A stretch of DNA of 64,000 nt from Octopus sinensis (lineage: Eukaryota): contig NC_043004.1 of assembly GCF_006345805.1 (NCBI RefSeq), positions 97,712,001 through 97,776,000 of the forward strand, written 5' to 3'. Shown here piece after piece: positions 9,445-21,670 of this stretch. Position 1 is the stretch's first letter. The number at the start of each line of letters is the position of its first letter. The position numbers and the translations under genes were made by a program. Below the pieces are notes generated by a model. That model was not told the origin of the DNA and made no database searches. It was given only the letters and a program-made list of their open reading frames with translations.

Positions 9445-10530
9445 AAACTGGTAAAATCGTTAGTATGCTAGACAAAATGCTAAGGCAGTATTTCAGAAGT
9501 TTTTATGTTCTGAGTTCAAATTCTGTCAATGCCAACTTTACCTTTCCACTTCACAGGGTTGATAACATAAGTACCACTCAAGTACTGTGGTTGATTTAAT
9601 CAAGTAGTCCCATTTTCCAAAATTTTGGGCCTTTTGCCTATAGCAGAGAGAATCATCATTATCATTCCCCTCCTCCTCATCATCACCATCATCATCATCA
9701 TTGTCATTGTCATTGTTGTCGTCATCATCATCATCATCGTCATCGTCATCATCAGCATCGTCATCATCATCATCATCATTGTCATTGTCGTCGTCATCAT
9801 CATCATCACCATCATCATCACCATCATCGCCATCATCATCATCATCATCATATCATGACAGTGAACTGGTAGAATCAATGGCACACCAGCGAAAATGCAT
9901 AGCAGCATTTTTTTAGTTCAAATTCTGCTGCGGTCAACTTTGCCTTTAATCCTTTCGGGGTCAATAAATTAAGCACCTGTTGTGTACTGGGGTCGATCTA
10001 CTTGACTGCCACCCCTCCCCCAAAATTTCGGGCCTTGTGCCTAGAGTAGAAAGAATATTCATCATATTCATCATCTTTAAGGCAGTGAGCTGGCAGAATT
10101 GTTAGCACATTGGGCGAAATGCATATCGGTATTTCATCTGTCATGACGTTCTGAGTTCAAATTTCACCAAAGTCGACTTTGACTTTAATCCTTGCTGGGT
10201 CAATAAAATAAGTACCAGTTAAACACTGGGTTTGACTTTTCTCCAACCCACAAAATCCTGCCCTTGTCGTAAAATTTGAAACCATTATCATTATGATTAT
10301 GATTATTGTTATTAGTTGTGGCAGAGTTGTTAGCACGGTGGGTGAAATGCTTAGCAGTTTTTTTGTCTGCCGCTATGTTCTGAGTTCAAATTCTGCCAAG
10401 GTCAATTTTGCCTTTTATCTTTTCGGGACCAATTAAATGAGTACCAGTTACACACTGGGGTTTATGTAATCGACTTAATCCCTTCCCCAAAATTTCAGGC
10501 TATGTGCTCCCAGTAGAAAGCATTATTATT
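9445..10530 (+). mobile_element. Cluster of four co-oriented SINE family A copies (about 9445-9640, 9859-10058, 10080-10300, 10315-10530) interrupted by a (CAT)n array at 9650-9858
   Basis: Each shows GAGTTCAAATT, CTTT...GGGTCAATAAA..AAGTACC and a CCCCAAAATTT..GGCC tail. Confidence 0.8.
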
Positions 10531-10751
10531 AGTCGCTGTAGTAGCCATAGCAGTCATAGTAGCAGCATCTGCAGCAGTAGAAGTAGTGGGAGGAACAGGA
10601 GGAGGACTAGCAGCAACAGTAAAATTAGGTTCCCTTCATGTTGCGTTTTCATCAGTATTAGTTTCCCACTCTTGGTGTTCGCATTGGCGTGAGGGTGTGG
10701 TGCCAGTGGCAGAAGCAGTCATCTCCTTGATATGATGAGAGCTAGATCATA

Positions 10752-11142
10752 GGGGAAGCACTCCGTCGGTTACGACGATGAGGGTCCCAGCTGATACGAT
10801 CAACGGAACAGCTTGCTCATGGAATTAACGTGCAAGTGGCTGAGCACTCCACAGACACGTGTACCGTTGACGTAGTTCTCGGGGATATTCAGCGTGACAC
10901 AGAGTGTGACAAGGCTGGCCCTTTGAAATACAGGTACAACAGAAACAGGAAGTAAGAGTGAGAGAAAGTTGTGGTGAAAGAGTACAGCAGGGATCACCAC
11001 CACCCCCTGCAGGAGCCTCGTCTCGTGAAGCTTTAGGTGTTTTCGCTCAATAAACACTCACAATGCCCGGTCTGGGAATCGAAACCGCGATCCTATGACC
11101 GCGAGTCCGCTGCCCTAACCACTGGGCCATTGCGCCTCCACT
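10752..11142 (-). mobile_element. Full-length tRNA-derived SINE (family D) with 12-bp TSD
   Basis: Head GGCGCAATGGCCCAGTGGTTAGGGCAGCGGACTCGCGG...GGTTTCGATTCCC has A and B boxes. The direct repeat AGCTAGATCATA lies at 10740-10751 and 11143-11154. Confidence 0.9.
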
Positions 11143-12029
11143 AGCTAGATCATACATACATATAAATGTGTGTGAGTGTATGTGTGTATGTGTGTGTGTA
11201 TGTGTGTGTATAAGAATATATCAAATAACTTCTGGCTGAGATTGATATGAATTTAAGTTGTATTGATTGACAAAATAGTGGCACATTTGATCCTAATAAT
11301 TACCAGGTCACTTCCTGATAGTTTTTGTTTGTTGTGCTTCTCAGACCCTAAGACATTCCAACATTTTTCTTCTACTTTTATAACATTTTGTAGCAAATTC
11401 TTCCTCCACTTATCTTTTTCTGTTTTTGTGTTGTGACGGGCGGTGGTGGGGGGGAGGGTTCACATTTCTAGAAATCTCCATAATCATATTACTTCTTTCC
11501 CTTTATTCTTTCAGTCCTTCTTCTCTCCTTTCATTCTGTTTATTTTTTTTGTGTTTTACTTTTGCTTCAATTTTTTATCTTTTTCTCATGAATTCTTTTT
11601 TAGTATTTGTTCATTTCTCAGATATCATTCTTGTGTTTGTTGTTGCTGCTGTTGATGTTGTTGTTGTTGTTGTTGTCACTGTTGTTGATTTTGCTTCCTT
11701 CCTTCTTTGCCTTTGATCTATTTCTTTCCAAATGACGTTGGCTTACTTTCACTTTCCCTTATAATTGTTTACACCAACAACAAGAATATTAAGAATAAAA
11801 ACAACAAAATGAAGAATTTACCATAGAAAAATACAATACAGAACTAGTATTTATAAACGACAAATTATACTGAGTCATCTCAATATTACTCCCACAATCT
11901 TGCACTTTTTCTCTCCCTCTCTCTTTTTCCATTCTTCACATTATTTAGCATCAACTTCTGTGACTTTCCCTTCTAACTTTGCCCCTTCGTTCCTGCTTTT
12001 CATTTCAATATGTATTTATGTGTCTGCCT

Positions 12030-12201
12030 GACTATCTACCTGTCTGTCTGTCTAGCTCTACCTAACTATCTAGCTATCAATCTGTCCATCCGTCTGTTCG
12101 TCTGTCCGTCTGTCCGTCTGTCTGTCTGTCTATCTATCTGTCTATTGTCTATCTATATGTTTATTTATCTACACATCTATCTATATGTTTATTTATCATC
12201 C

Positions 12202-12273
<72 letters not shown>

Positions 12274-12290
12274 GTCTATCTATATGTCTG

Positions 12291-12382
<92 letters not shown>

Positions 12383-12470
12383 CCCATCTGGCTGTCTGTC
12401 TATTTATCTGTGTGTGTGTGTGTGTGTGTGTGTGTGCATGCTTGCATGTGTGTATGTGTGTGTGTGCATG
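12030..12470. repeat. (TCTG)/(TCTA)n and (TG)n microsatellite block
   Basis: Direct reading. Confidence 0.95.
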
Positions 12471-12937
12471 TATTGAGAAAGCATGAAAAGAGAAGTGACT
12501 CCTCTTATCTCCAGATAACCAGAGGGGAGTCATTGCTTTAAAAAAAGAAAAGAAAATATTAAATAATGCAAGAAGAAAAGAGGTTTAAGAATTTCTTGGT
12601 TAGACAGAACCCAATGAGAATGAACTCACACATCAACGTATTTGCACTTGTGTACATATGTGTATGTATGAATGTATGTGTGTATGTGTGTAGTAAATGA
12701 GAGAAAGAGAAAGAAAATAGAATTCATGAAAGTGTTTATTAATCACACTGATTGTTTGTGATTAATAAAGAATCTCATGAATTCCATTTTCTCTCATTTG
12801 CTATTTACATGACAGACATGGAGGAATTCCTGAAGTAAATCATGTTGCATTTTAAATCTACACTGTTGATGACATTAGGTAGCCACAGACAGTAAATCTG
12901 CTTTGATCAGCATACTATCTGATGCATAGCTAAAGCT

Positions 12938-12977
<40 letters not shown>

Positions 12978-13174
12978 TAATATAAAAGGATAAAATTGTA
13001 AAAAAATTTATCAGTGACCAGCATATAAAAATATAGACCTATTAAGGTGAAATCATAAATGTAATTAAGGGTTAATCCAGAAATCAGCCGATCCAGAAAT
13101 AACTAAATTTTATGAATTTCCTTTGGCTTGCTCCCTTGATTTCAATGTGTGTGTAATAATAATAGTGTTTATAT

Positions 13175-13372
13175 TTAATGTCGTTGAGGCTTTCTGCCAA
13201 TTCTAGTGTTGTGCAATGTGGGTTATTCTCAATTAATGACTTAATTTGGTCATCATCTGTAGTGGATGGTCTGCCTCATTGTGCTTTATCAATAAGGCTA
13301 CAATCTCCAGCTTGGAACCTTGCGAACCACTTCCGTACAGTTCTTTCGGATAAAGAAACATCACTGTAAACA
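13175..13372 (-). mobile_element. Mariner transposase N-terminal (HTH) relic
   Basis: VYSDVSLSERTVRKWFARFQAGDCSLIDKAQ*GRPSTTDDDQIKSLIENNPHCTTLELAESLN matches the mariner WFxRF...DxxRSGRP pattern. It abuts a 5' fragment of SINE A at 13373-13452. Confidence 0.85.
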
Positions 13373-13699
13373 AGGTGGCGAGCTGGCAGAAACATTAGCA
13401 TGCCGGGCGAAGTGCTTAGCGGTATTTTGTCTGACGTTATGTTCTGAGTTCAAATAGTGAACGCTGGGAGAAGTATTTTCTTTGGAAAGAGTAAAGATAG
13501 AAGAGAGAGAAAAAACATGCAATCCTTTGAACATTCATACAGAAAAAGAAAGATGGTCACTTGAGGAAAGCAAAGATGGACGATGGTAACATGTGAGCAA
13601 TGAGAGAGAGAGAGAGAGGAAAATAGAAAGATGTATATATATATATATATATCTGTGCACACCTTTGAATGCTGTGTATACCAGAAGGTTTAGAAATCC

Positions 13700-13905
13700 A
13701 ATGGAAGCCTCAGAAGACATTTTAAGATCCACAAAGAGCAGAAATTATCTGCAGCTCTTGGTGGTCCAAATTAAAAGTGCAGTAGGTGTCTTTTCAGAAC
13801 ATTGTCTGGTTTAAAAAGCCATATCAGATTTTATAATGGTGTTAAGGTGTAGGTGCAGGAGGTGGTCAAACTCTGCATAATGAGTAGACAACCACTGAGC
13901 ACCAT
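13700..13905 (+). mobile_element. LINE 3'-end fragment (R4/Dong-like), homologous to 58830-59055
   Basis: Shares AGATCCACAA...AACTGCAGCTCTTGGTGG and AAGGTGTA.G.ACAGGAGGT.GTCA.ACTCTGCATAA with the inverted copy at 58830-59055. Confidence 0.6.
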
Positions 13906-13999
13906 ATATATACATACATACATATATATGTGTGTGTGTATGTGTGTGTGTGTGTGTGTGTGTGTCTCTCTCTCTCTCTCTCTCTTTTTCAAAAAAATT

Positions 14000-14480
14000 A
14001 CTATAAACCTTCCACTGAGGAGGGAGCTGGTTTCCAAAAAAGATACAAGACTCCATCTTTGGGATGTAGTTAACACAGGCAAATTCACATTTCGAACTTG
14101 AGAAAAGTCTTGCATATTTTTACTGATCCACTCACAGATTGCACTTGTAATGTACGAATTAGCTGGTCAATATGTATGTATGTATATGTATATATACACA
14201 CATATTTACTAATATGGTAAGAAAAACACGAGAGAAAGAGGATATCTATGGACCATTGGTAAGGAGTTTGCAAATCCAGTACTCAAATATACTTTCAGCT
14301 CCATACCTTTTATTATTGATACAACAGGATTTATACCAACCTATCTGTGACAAAGTATTGCTAAACTTGTGATTTGGGGGAGAGAATGCAAATACTTAAT
14401 TCTTTTGTTATGAATGAGCACAATATTTAGGACTGTAATAATCTGCCTGACCTTCTTAAGATTCAAAGGTTTATGGTTTA
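14000..14480. mobile_element. Two R4/Dong-like RLE 3'-end fragments (14000-14165 minus; 14235-14480 plus)
   Basis: LIRTLQVQSVSGSVKICKTFLKFEM* (minus) and LVRSLQIQY... (plus) are homologous to the C-terminus of ORF 15571-15897. Confidence 0.7.
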
Positions 14481-14625
14481 ATTATGATACTTTCCTTCAC
14501 AATCCTGCTACCAAAGTAGGTGGCTAGTCAAAATTTACTCTAAAATTAAAAAGAGAAATAGATGAACATAGACAGATAGATAGATAGATAGATATCAAAA
14601 GAAGCAACAAGGATATCCAGAAGTA

Positions 14626-14719
14626 ATGCAGTATGATCGTTTCATGCAACTCCATTTAATTGAACATTGCAATCATTTCATTACATCAATTTAAAATGTA
14701 GAACAATCTTCAGCTGCAC
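14626..14719 (-). ncRNA. Hammerhead ribozyme candidate, long stem II (left arm)
   Basis: GTGCAG-CTGAAGA-(63 nt hairpin)-GAAAC-GATC-ATA-CTGCAT: 6-bp stem I; the triplet reads AUA, probably from GUA. Confidence 0.65.
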
Positions 14720-14858
14720 AAAGACATAGAATTTAATTAAATTAGAAGGACACGTTAGTATAATTTTGCCCAAAATCTCCAAGAAGTTAAGGAGATAGAC
14801 AAAGAACATGCTTTACCAACAACATCAGAGTTACGATTTAATTAAATTCTATATCTTT

Positions 14859-14952
14859 GTGCAGCTGAAGATTGATCTGCATTTTAAATTGATGTAATGA
14901 ACTGATTGCATTGTTCAATTAAATGGAGTTGAATGAAACGATCGTACTATAT
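14859..14952 (+). ncRNA. Hammerhead ribozyme candidate, long stem II (right arm)
   Basis: GTGCAG-CTGAAGA(14865-14871)-(63 nt)-GAAAC(14935-14939)-GATC-GTA-CTATAT: palindromic stem III ACGATCGT; stem I weakened. Confidence 0.7.
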
Positions 14953-15064
14953 TACCTCTGGATATCCTTGTTGCTTATTTTGATTTTATTCACCTTATTT
15001 TGAAATTGTATGGATAATACCATACTAATTTATGATGCCTCAACTTAAGTACCATATTCATCTG

Positions 15065-15270
<206 letters not shown>

Positions 15271-15324
15271 GATGCAAGAAAAGCAGTAAAATATGACAAA
15301 CGATACAGATTTTATGGAGTTCAC

Positions 15325-16110
15325 ACTTACGATATCACCCACATCATAAGCAGTTGTCTGAAAATGTCATCAGGGTATTATCTACTGGTGAGACATGATG
15401 TTATATCTAGGACCCTCTAAAATGAAATCTGTTGTAAGGATAATCCCCAAAACAAAGAAATCAGAACCCATAATATGGGAGAAGCCATAACCACTCATAA
15501 TGAAAAGGAATACTGGTGCAATGTACCAGTGAAGACCTCAATAAAATGTAAGCACAACTGACCTGATATAATGATTTGGGATAGAGAAGAGAAACTGTGC
15601 ACAGTTGTGGAAATTAGCTGCCCAGCGAATGTTAAGATAAAGTTGAAGATCAGTGAAAAAGAGAACGCCTTTGTTGAACTGTTGAGAAATCTGCAGTCAC
15701 TCTATCCAGAATATAAATTCAGGTTTATACCTGTAATTATTGGAGCCCTGGGATATGTAACACACCGCCTAAGTACCGATCTTGAGAAATTAGGCTTCTC
15801 AAAACCAGAAAGGAGAAAGCTAATTCAAAGACTACAGATCCAATCCATCACTGGAACTGTAAAAATCTGTAAAACTTTCCAGAAGTTTATCATTTAAATA
15901 TATATGAACATGTCTAGATATGCAACTATATGCATGAGAATACATACATGAAACCTAAAATCTGCACATACATACATACATACATACATACATACGTACA
16001 TACATACAAAAATACCCTGCTGTTGATGTTGAAATTCCAATGAAGAAACCTTGGATCTAGGTTAGAAACTGATTCTTTTTCTATTGACAAGAAATCTTGA
16101 ATTAAACTGA
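15325..16110 (+). mobile_element. R4/Dong-like LINE 3' portion: zinc-knuckle end, RHD motif, PD-(D/E)xK restriction-like endonuclease, 3' UTR
   Basis: [24 protein letters not shown]...KEYWCNVPVKTSIKCKHN*PDIMIWDREEKLCTVVEISCP...EKENAFVELLRNLQ...IPVIIGALG...KICKTFQKFII*; two in-frame stops. Confidence 0.9.
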
Positions 16111-17144
16111 ATAATGATATATATACATACACACACACATACATATGTGTGTGTGTATATTTGTATGCATATGTATATTGCCAAAGCAGAAGCATATCAT
16201 CATCATCATCATTGTTTAAACATCTGCTTTCTCATACTTGCATTTGTTGAGGCAGATTTTTCTACAGTTAGATGCCCTTCCTGTTGCTAACCCTAAACTG
16301 TTTGCAAGTAAGGTAATATTTCCCCAGTGGTAGGCCTGTTTTATTTGGAAGACTAGAAACATACACCATCACTTTTATGTATGTATGTATATGTGTTTGA
16401 GTGCACGTGTGTGTGTGTATGTGTGTATGTGTGTGTGCTGTGTGTGTGTGTGTGTGCATTTGCACACATTTTTTGTGTTAGCTTTTGTGTGTAATAGCAA
16501 TGTCATTTATGTCCTGCATAAGCAATTTGTTTCACATCTTTGTGATTTGATTTGCAGAAACCACTAGCAGAATAAAATACCTTACTTTATGATAAGAGTT
16601 AGCATTACAAACAGTATCAGACTACAGAGTGTAACTTCAAGAATTCTTGTTCATCCCATTGGGAGATGGAAAAAGCAGCTGTAAAAATGGTGATGAGTAT
16701 CATCCTGATATGATGTTAAGATGATATTTAAAATTATAGCTAAAATGATGAAAAACTTGAAAATGAAACTAGGCTGTATCAAAATAACTATATAATATAT
16801 TCTATATTTCCTCTGGATACAATTGTGTTTTTAGCAATAAGACACTCATAAAATGTATATCGACATGTGATATTTCATCAACAGAATAACAAAGAGAGTC
16901 ATATGTGAATTTTACAGTTTATATACACCATGAAGTAGAAACTGGTGATGGATGGAAAAGAACCGTATTTGGCCTCTTGTTTCAGTATATTTTCATAAAT
17001 GCCTGACTGCTAAAAATATGACAGAGTTTAAAGAAGATGTACGATATATTATATATATTTATTTCTGTATGCGGCTTAATCCTATGTTCTTGTATGTCTT
17101 TGTGTGCACTGACCATATATATATCACTATGATATAAAATAAGA

Positions 17145-17860
17145 TCATGAGCTGACAGCATCATTAGCACTCTAGTCGAAAAGCTTAGCATCATTTCATT
17201 TGTCTTTAGGTTCTGAGTTCAATACCACTTAGGTTAACGTTTCCTTTCACCTTTGCAGAGTCAGTCAAATAAGTACCATCTGAATATTGTTGTCAATGTA
17301 AGTGAATAGTCATCTTCCCCAAAATTCCAGGCACAGTGTCAATAGTGGAAAGTATTACTGTATTAAACACCATTTGTGTTTTTTCAATTTTGTTGGGTTC
17401 TCTGCTAATTTCTTTGCTCAAAGTAATTATGCTATTATTGATATCAAATTTTGGCACAAGGCCAACAAGTTCAGTGGGGGAGGGGGGAGTAAATTAATTA
17501 CATCAGCTGATTCTTATTTTATCGACCTCAAAATGATGGAAGTTGGTAAAGTTGGAATTTGAACCCAGAGCATAATGACAGATGAAATACCTATTTCTTT
17601 ACTACCCACAAGGGGCTAAACACAGAGAGGACAAACAAGGACAGACAAACGGATTAAGTCGATTATATCGACCCCAGTGCGTAACTGGTACTTATTTAAT
17701 CGACCCTGAAAGGATGAAAGGCAAAGTCGACCTCGGCAAAATTTGAACTCAGAATGTAGCAGCAGACGAAATACCGCTAAGCATTTCGCCCGGCGTGCTA
17801 ACATTTCTGCCAGCTCGCCAGGCATTTTGCCCAGTATGTTAACAATTATGCTGAGAGACA
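17145..17860. mobile_element. SINE A copy (17145-17355, plus), and a young long-tail SINE A (~17589-17820, minus) nested inside an older SINE A (17440-17860, minus)
   Basis: On minus: old head ...CATAATTGTTAACATACTGGGCAAAATGCCT | GGCGAGCTGGCAG...GTAAAGAAATA | GGTATTTCATCTGTCATTATGCTCTGGGTTCAAATT... (old body resumes). Confidence 0.8.
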
Positions 17861-17864
17861 TTGA

Positions 17865-18300
17865 TTCCTACAAGACAAGTGTTGAAGTGGTCTGACCACA
17901 TGGAGAGGATGGATGAGGAGTGGATGGTAAGGAGTGTACTGAAGGCAGAAGTGGTAAGCAGCAGAACCAGCGGCAGACCTTGGTTTCTCTTGATGGATGG
18001 AATGAGGAAAGCTTTGGTGGTTAGAGATGTTAGAGAGAGAGAGGCAAGAGAGTTTATAAATGATAGGAAAGCTTGGAGAGTGTTTGTGGACAGATGAGTG
18101 AATTTAATGGTGCTCAAAGGGGTACAGAACCACCATGATGCAGCAGGGGTAAATCCGCATATGCTGTCAAGCCCCACTGCTGATAGTGGGGGTTGTGTTC
18201 TATGCCTTGATCTGAGCATAGAATGGAGCTGACCTCTTCAAGCTGCGAAATGAATGGAATGCTTGGTGTGTGTCTTGTGTGGCTACCCTCTCTTTAAAAA
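17865..18300 (+). mobile_element. RTE-clade LINE 3' end
   Basis: LKWSDHMERMDEEWMVRSVLKAEVVSSRTSGRPW...MDGMRKAL...DRKAWRVFV matches the LRWFGHVxRM...GxRxRGRP...W.D...DR..WR pattern. Confidence 0.8.
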
Positions 18301-18317
18301 AATGGAGAATAGGCTTG

Positions 18318-18468
18318 GGTATGTGGTAAGTAGCTTGCTAACTAACCACATGGTTCAGGGTTCAGTCCCACTGCGTGGCATCTTGGGTAAGTGTCTTCTG
18401 CTATAGCCCAGGGCCGACCAATGCCTTGTGAGTGGATTTGGTAGACGGAAACTGAAAGAAGCCCGTCG

Positions 18469-18501
<33 letters not shown>

Positions 18502-18715
18502 TTGTGTGTCGGTGTTTGTCCCCCTGGCATTGCTTGACAACCGATGCTGGTGTGTTTACGTCCCCGTCACTTAGCGGTTCGGCTAAAGAGACCGATAGAA
18601 TAAGTACTGGGCTTACAAAGAATAAGTCCCGGGGTCGATTTGCTCGACTAAGGCGGTGCTGCAGCATGGCCGCAGTCAAATGACTGAAACAAGTAAAAGA
18701 GTAAAGAGTAAGAGT
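18318..18715 (+). mobile_element. SINE family B
   Basis: Near-complete family B sequence, followed by (ATT)n at 18722-18862. Confidence 0.85.
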
Positions 18716-18758
18716 ATATATTGTTATTATTATTATATTATTATTATTATTATTATCA

Positions 18759-18841
<83 letters not shown>

Positions 18842-19519
18842 TATTATTATTATTATTATTAATTTAAGAGCTTATTTCTATAAGTTAGATCTAAATTCTA
18901 TTTCTTGTGTTAATTTCAATGATATTTTTTTTTTATATTTTAAAGAATTTTATGAAGCAAATTTAAAATATATTGTGATTTTAATGTTCTGGTGGTTTCA
19001 TTATATCATCACTTTTACTCCACAGTACAAATAATCATCAAAAGTTTCATGAGTCTCATACTTTTCTATGAACATTTGATCATGAGAACAACAATGTATC
19101 TGGATGTATAATATAGAATGTATATACTATAATATGAAGCTTAAATTTTATTTTTAAACATCTGAACACTTTAGCTGAATATTTGTAAATTTTGTAAGTG
19201 CGCTAAGCTTGACTTGTTTTCCATTATTCTGTGCTCTTTGCCAAATGCTTTGCACAAAAGATATATGTTTTAATATGACTATGCAGTAATTATTTTTCTA
19301 ATTAACCATATACTTACATATGTATATGTATGTCTCTCTTACTCTCTCTGTATATATATATATATGCATGTGTGTATATGGGCATGTGTGTGTGTTGTAT
19401 ATATGCATCGTTGGTGTAACATTTTGTTGTTCTTTTGCTACATGTCAATATTGACTGAATAAAATTATGAACAAAAACATGCAAACTACAGCCACCCACT
19501 TTCTTTATGGTATCTCTTT

Positions 19520-19932
19520 CTCTCTCTTTCTCTTTTACTTGTTTCAGTCATTTTGACTGCGGCCATGCTGGAGCACCGCCTTTAATCGAGCAACTCAACC
19601 CCGGGACTTATTCTTTTTTGTAAGCCCAGTACTTATTCTATCGGTCTCTTTTGCCGAACCGCTAAGTAACGGGGACATAAACACACCAGCATCGGTTGTC
19701 AAGCAATGCTAGGGGGACAAACACAGACACACAAACACACATGCACACATACACATATATATATATACATACATATATACGACGGGCTTCTTTCAGTTTC
19801 TGTCTACCAAATCCACTCACAAGGCATTGGTCAGCCCGAGCCTATAGCAGAAGACACTTGCCCAAGATGCCACACAGTGGGACCGAACCTGGAACCATGT
19901 GGTTGGTTAGCAAGCTACTTACCACACAGCCA
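19520..19932 (-). mobile_element. SINE family B
   Basis: Reverse complement of the family B sequence. Confidence 0.85.
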
Positions 19933-20322
19933 CTCTACAACAATATTATCCAATATGTCCTTCACTTATTTAAAACAAAAGCCTTTAATTCACAGGCGAT
20001 TTGAATGTTATTTTTAGTAGGTTCTGCGATTACATTAGTAGCCCCACTCAATGCTACATGATATATTGTGTGTTTAACTCTTCTAAGTAATTAACACATT
20101 TTAATTTTCAATATATACTAGAATGGCATGACAATACCTAGGCCTCTGTCATCGAGAATTCTGTAACTTTTGGGTATAATGTATTCTAGTAATCTTTGTC
20201 AATACATTACAAGAAAAATGGGAATAATCAATATATATATATACATTAAAAAATATATAAGCACACAAACATATACACCCTACGCACATCAATGCATATA
20301 TATATATATATATTATATATAT

Positions 20323-20422
20323 NNNNNNNNNNNNNNNNNNNNNNNNNNNNNNNNNNNNNNNNNNNNNNNNNNNNNNNNNNNNNNNNNNNNNNNNNNNNNN
20401 NNNNNNNNNNNNNNNNNNNNNN
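20323..20422. other. Assembly gap (100 N)
   Basis: Run of N following a (TA)n tract; the true size is unknown. Confidence 1.
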
Positions 20423-21224
20423 ACAGTAAAAACCGAGAAAATGCGGTCAAAGTTTGATGGCTTTCAGAATGGAGTGAAGTTAGGAAGTTAGTTTTGGTCT
20501 TAAAATGACTGTGAAGACGCCCCGCTAATTATTTCACCTATGCAAAATTATTTATTTAAGTATGCATCTGAAGAATAAATCAATGACTGTGTTTTTCTCA
20601 TTTTATAGAATATACCGGTATTATGTAACGGCATATCACATTGCATATTTTAGCTATAATACCTAGGAAACACATGTAGAGAACCCCCAAAGGTATTGTT
20701 TGTGTTTTGATATACCAAGGTAAGTAACTTTAAGAGGTAAGACAAGATAGTAAGATAATAGCTCATTATTGTTACGATGGTAACGAGAAATATTAGGAAA
20801 TGAGCCATAACACCTTGAGAAACGATAGAGGGACCACACCAAAGTTATTGATTGAGTGTGTGTGCTTACGATAGTGTGTTACTAAATTCTCTGGTGCAAG
20901 TTTGGGTGAATGAGCATCGTATCAATAGCGTCAAGGTACAATCTTTCTCAGCCAGGCTTCACCAGTTCTTCTTCTCAACTTTTCCGGATCTGAGACATTG
21001 ATACAAAGAAAATGGTATACTAACCTCAAAAGTGGCTGGTGTGGCAGTTATGACACTCTATTAATAAATGCCCCAAATGTAATAACCACCTAAGTCTGGA
21101 GGTCCAGGACAGGAGAGCAAATGAGATTAACCCTATAGCATTCATATGTAGTGCATATTTATTCACATTATTTTTAATTAATCATGCATTATCTTGAAGC
21201 TAATAGATTTTCATGGTGTAATTA

Positions 21225-21670
21225 CTCTTTTACTCTTTTACTTGCTTCAGTCAGTTGACTGCGGCCATGCTGGAGCACCGCCTTTAGTCGAGCAGCTCGA
21301 TCCCGGAACTTATTCTTTGTAAGCCCAGTACTTATTCCATCGGTCTCTTTTGCCGAACCGCTAAGTGACGGGGACATAAACACACCAGCATCGGTTGTCA
21401 AGCAATGCTAGGGGGACAAACACAGACACCCAAACACACATGCACACACATATATATATATATACATACATACGACGGGCTTCTTTCAGTTTCCGTCTAC
21501 CAAATCCACTCACAAGGCTTCTTTCAGTTTCCGTCTACCAAATCCACTCACAAGGCTTTGGTCGGCCCGGGGCTATAGCAGAAGACACTTGCCTAAAGTA
21601 CCACACAGTGGGTCTGAACCCGGAACCATGTGGTTGTAAGCAAGCTACTTACTACACAGCCACTCCTGCA
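21225..21670 (-). mobile_element. SINE family B with an internal 38-bp tandem duplication
   Basis: GGCTTCTTTCAGTTTCCGTCTACCAAATCCACTCACAA starts at both 21478 and 21516. Confidence 0.85.

Larger units (their letters stand above)
14590..14995. mobile_element. Fold-back element: pLTR-like unit on minus (14830 to 14590) with an inverted copy of its distal ~155 bp on plus (14836-14993)
   Basis: The arm ATTTAATTAAATTCTAT.TCTTTGTGCAGCTGAAGATTG...GGATATCCTTGTTGCTT.TTTTGAT is present in both orientations. A third copy lies at 36930-37140. Confidence 0.9.

Noticed and set aside
11070-11142. tRNA gene calls for SINE heads (also 34932, 54470-54545 and family A/B heads)
   Set aside because: A/B boxes are present, but I could not fold a full cloverleaf and each continues into a SINE body.
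12488-12535. Small hairpin GTGACTCC...GGAGTCAT as a possible miRNA or structured RNA
   Set aside because: It is too short and irregular, single-copy in the window, and has no supporting evidence.
16030-16075. Hammerhead-like layout in the R4/Dong-like 3' UTR (ATGAAGA-AACCT...AGGTT-A-GAAAC; echoes near 14030 and 36280)
   Set aside because: There is no position 3-8 pair, no proper NUH with a paired stem III, and no stem I in any of the three copies. Worth rechecking only on a family consensus.
20570-20682. CTGAAGA...GAAACACATGTA on the plus strand
   Set aside because: Neither stem I nor stem II pairs.
20609-20719. 111-nt segment with strong plus-strand acceptor and CAAG|GTAAGT donor
   Set aside because: It has stops in all three frames. 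It could only be a non-coding exon, which the sequence alone cannot support.
20960-21100. Possible additional mariner HTH relic (KWYTNLKSG...)
   Set aside because: Too degenerate to support.
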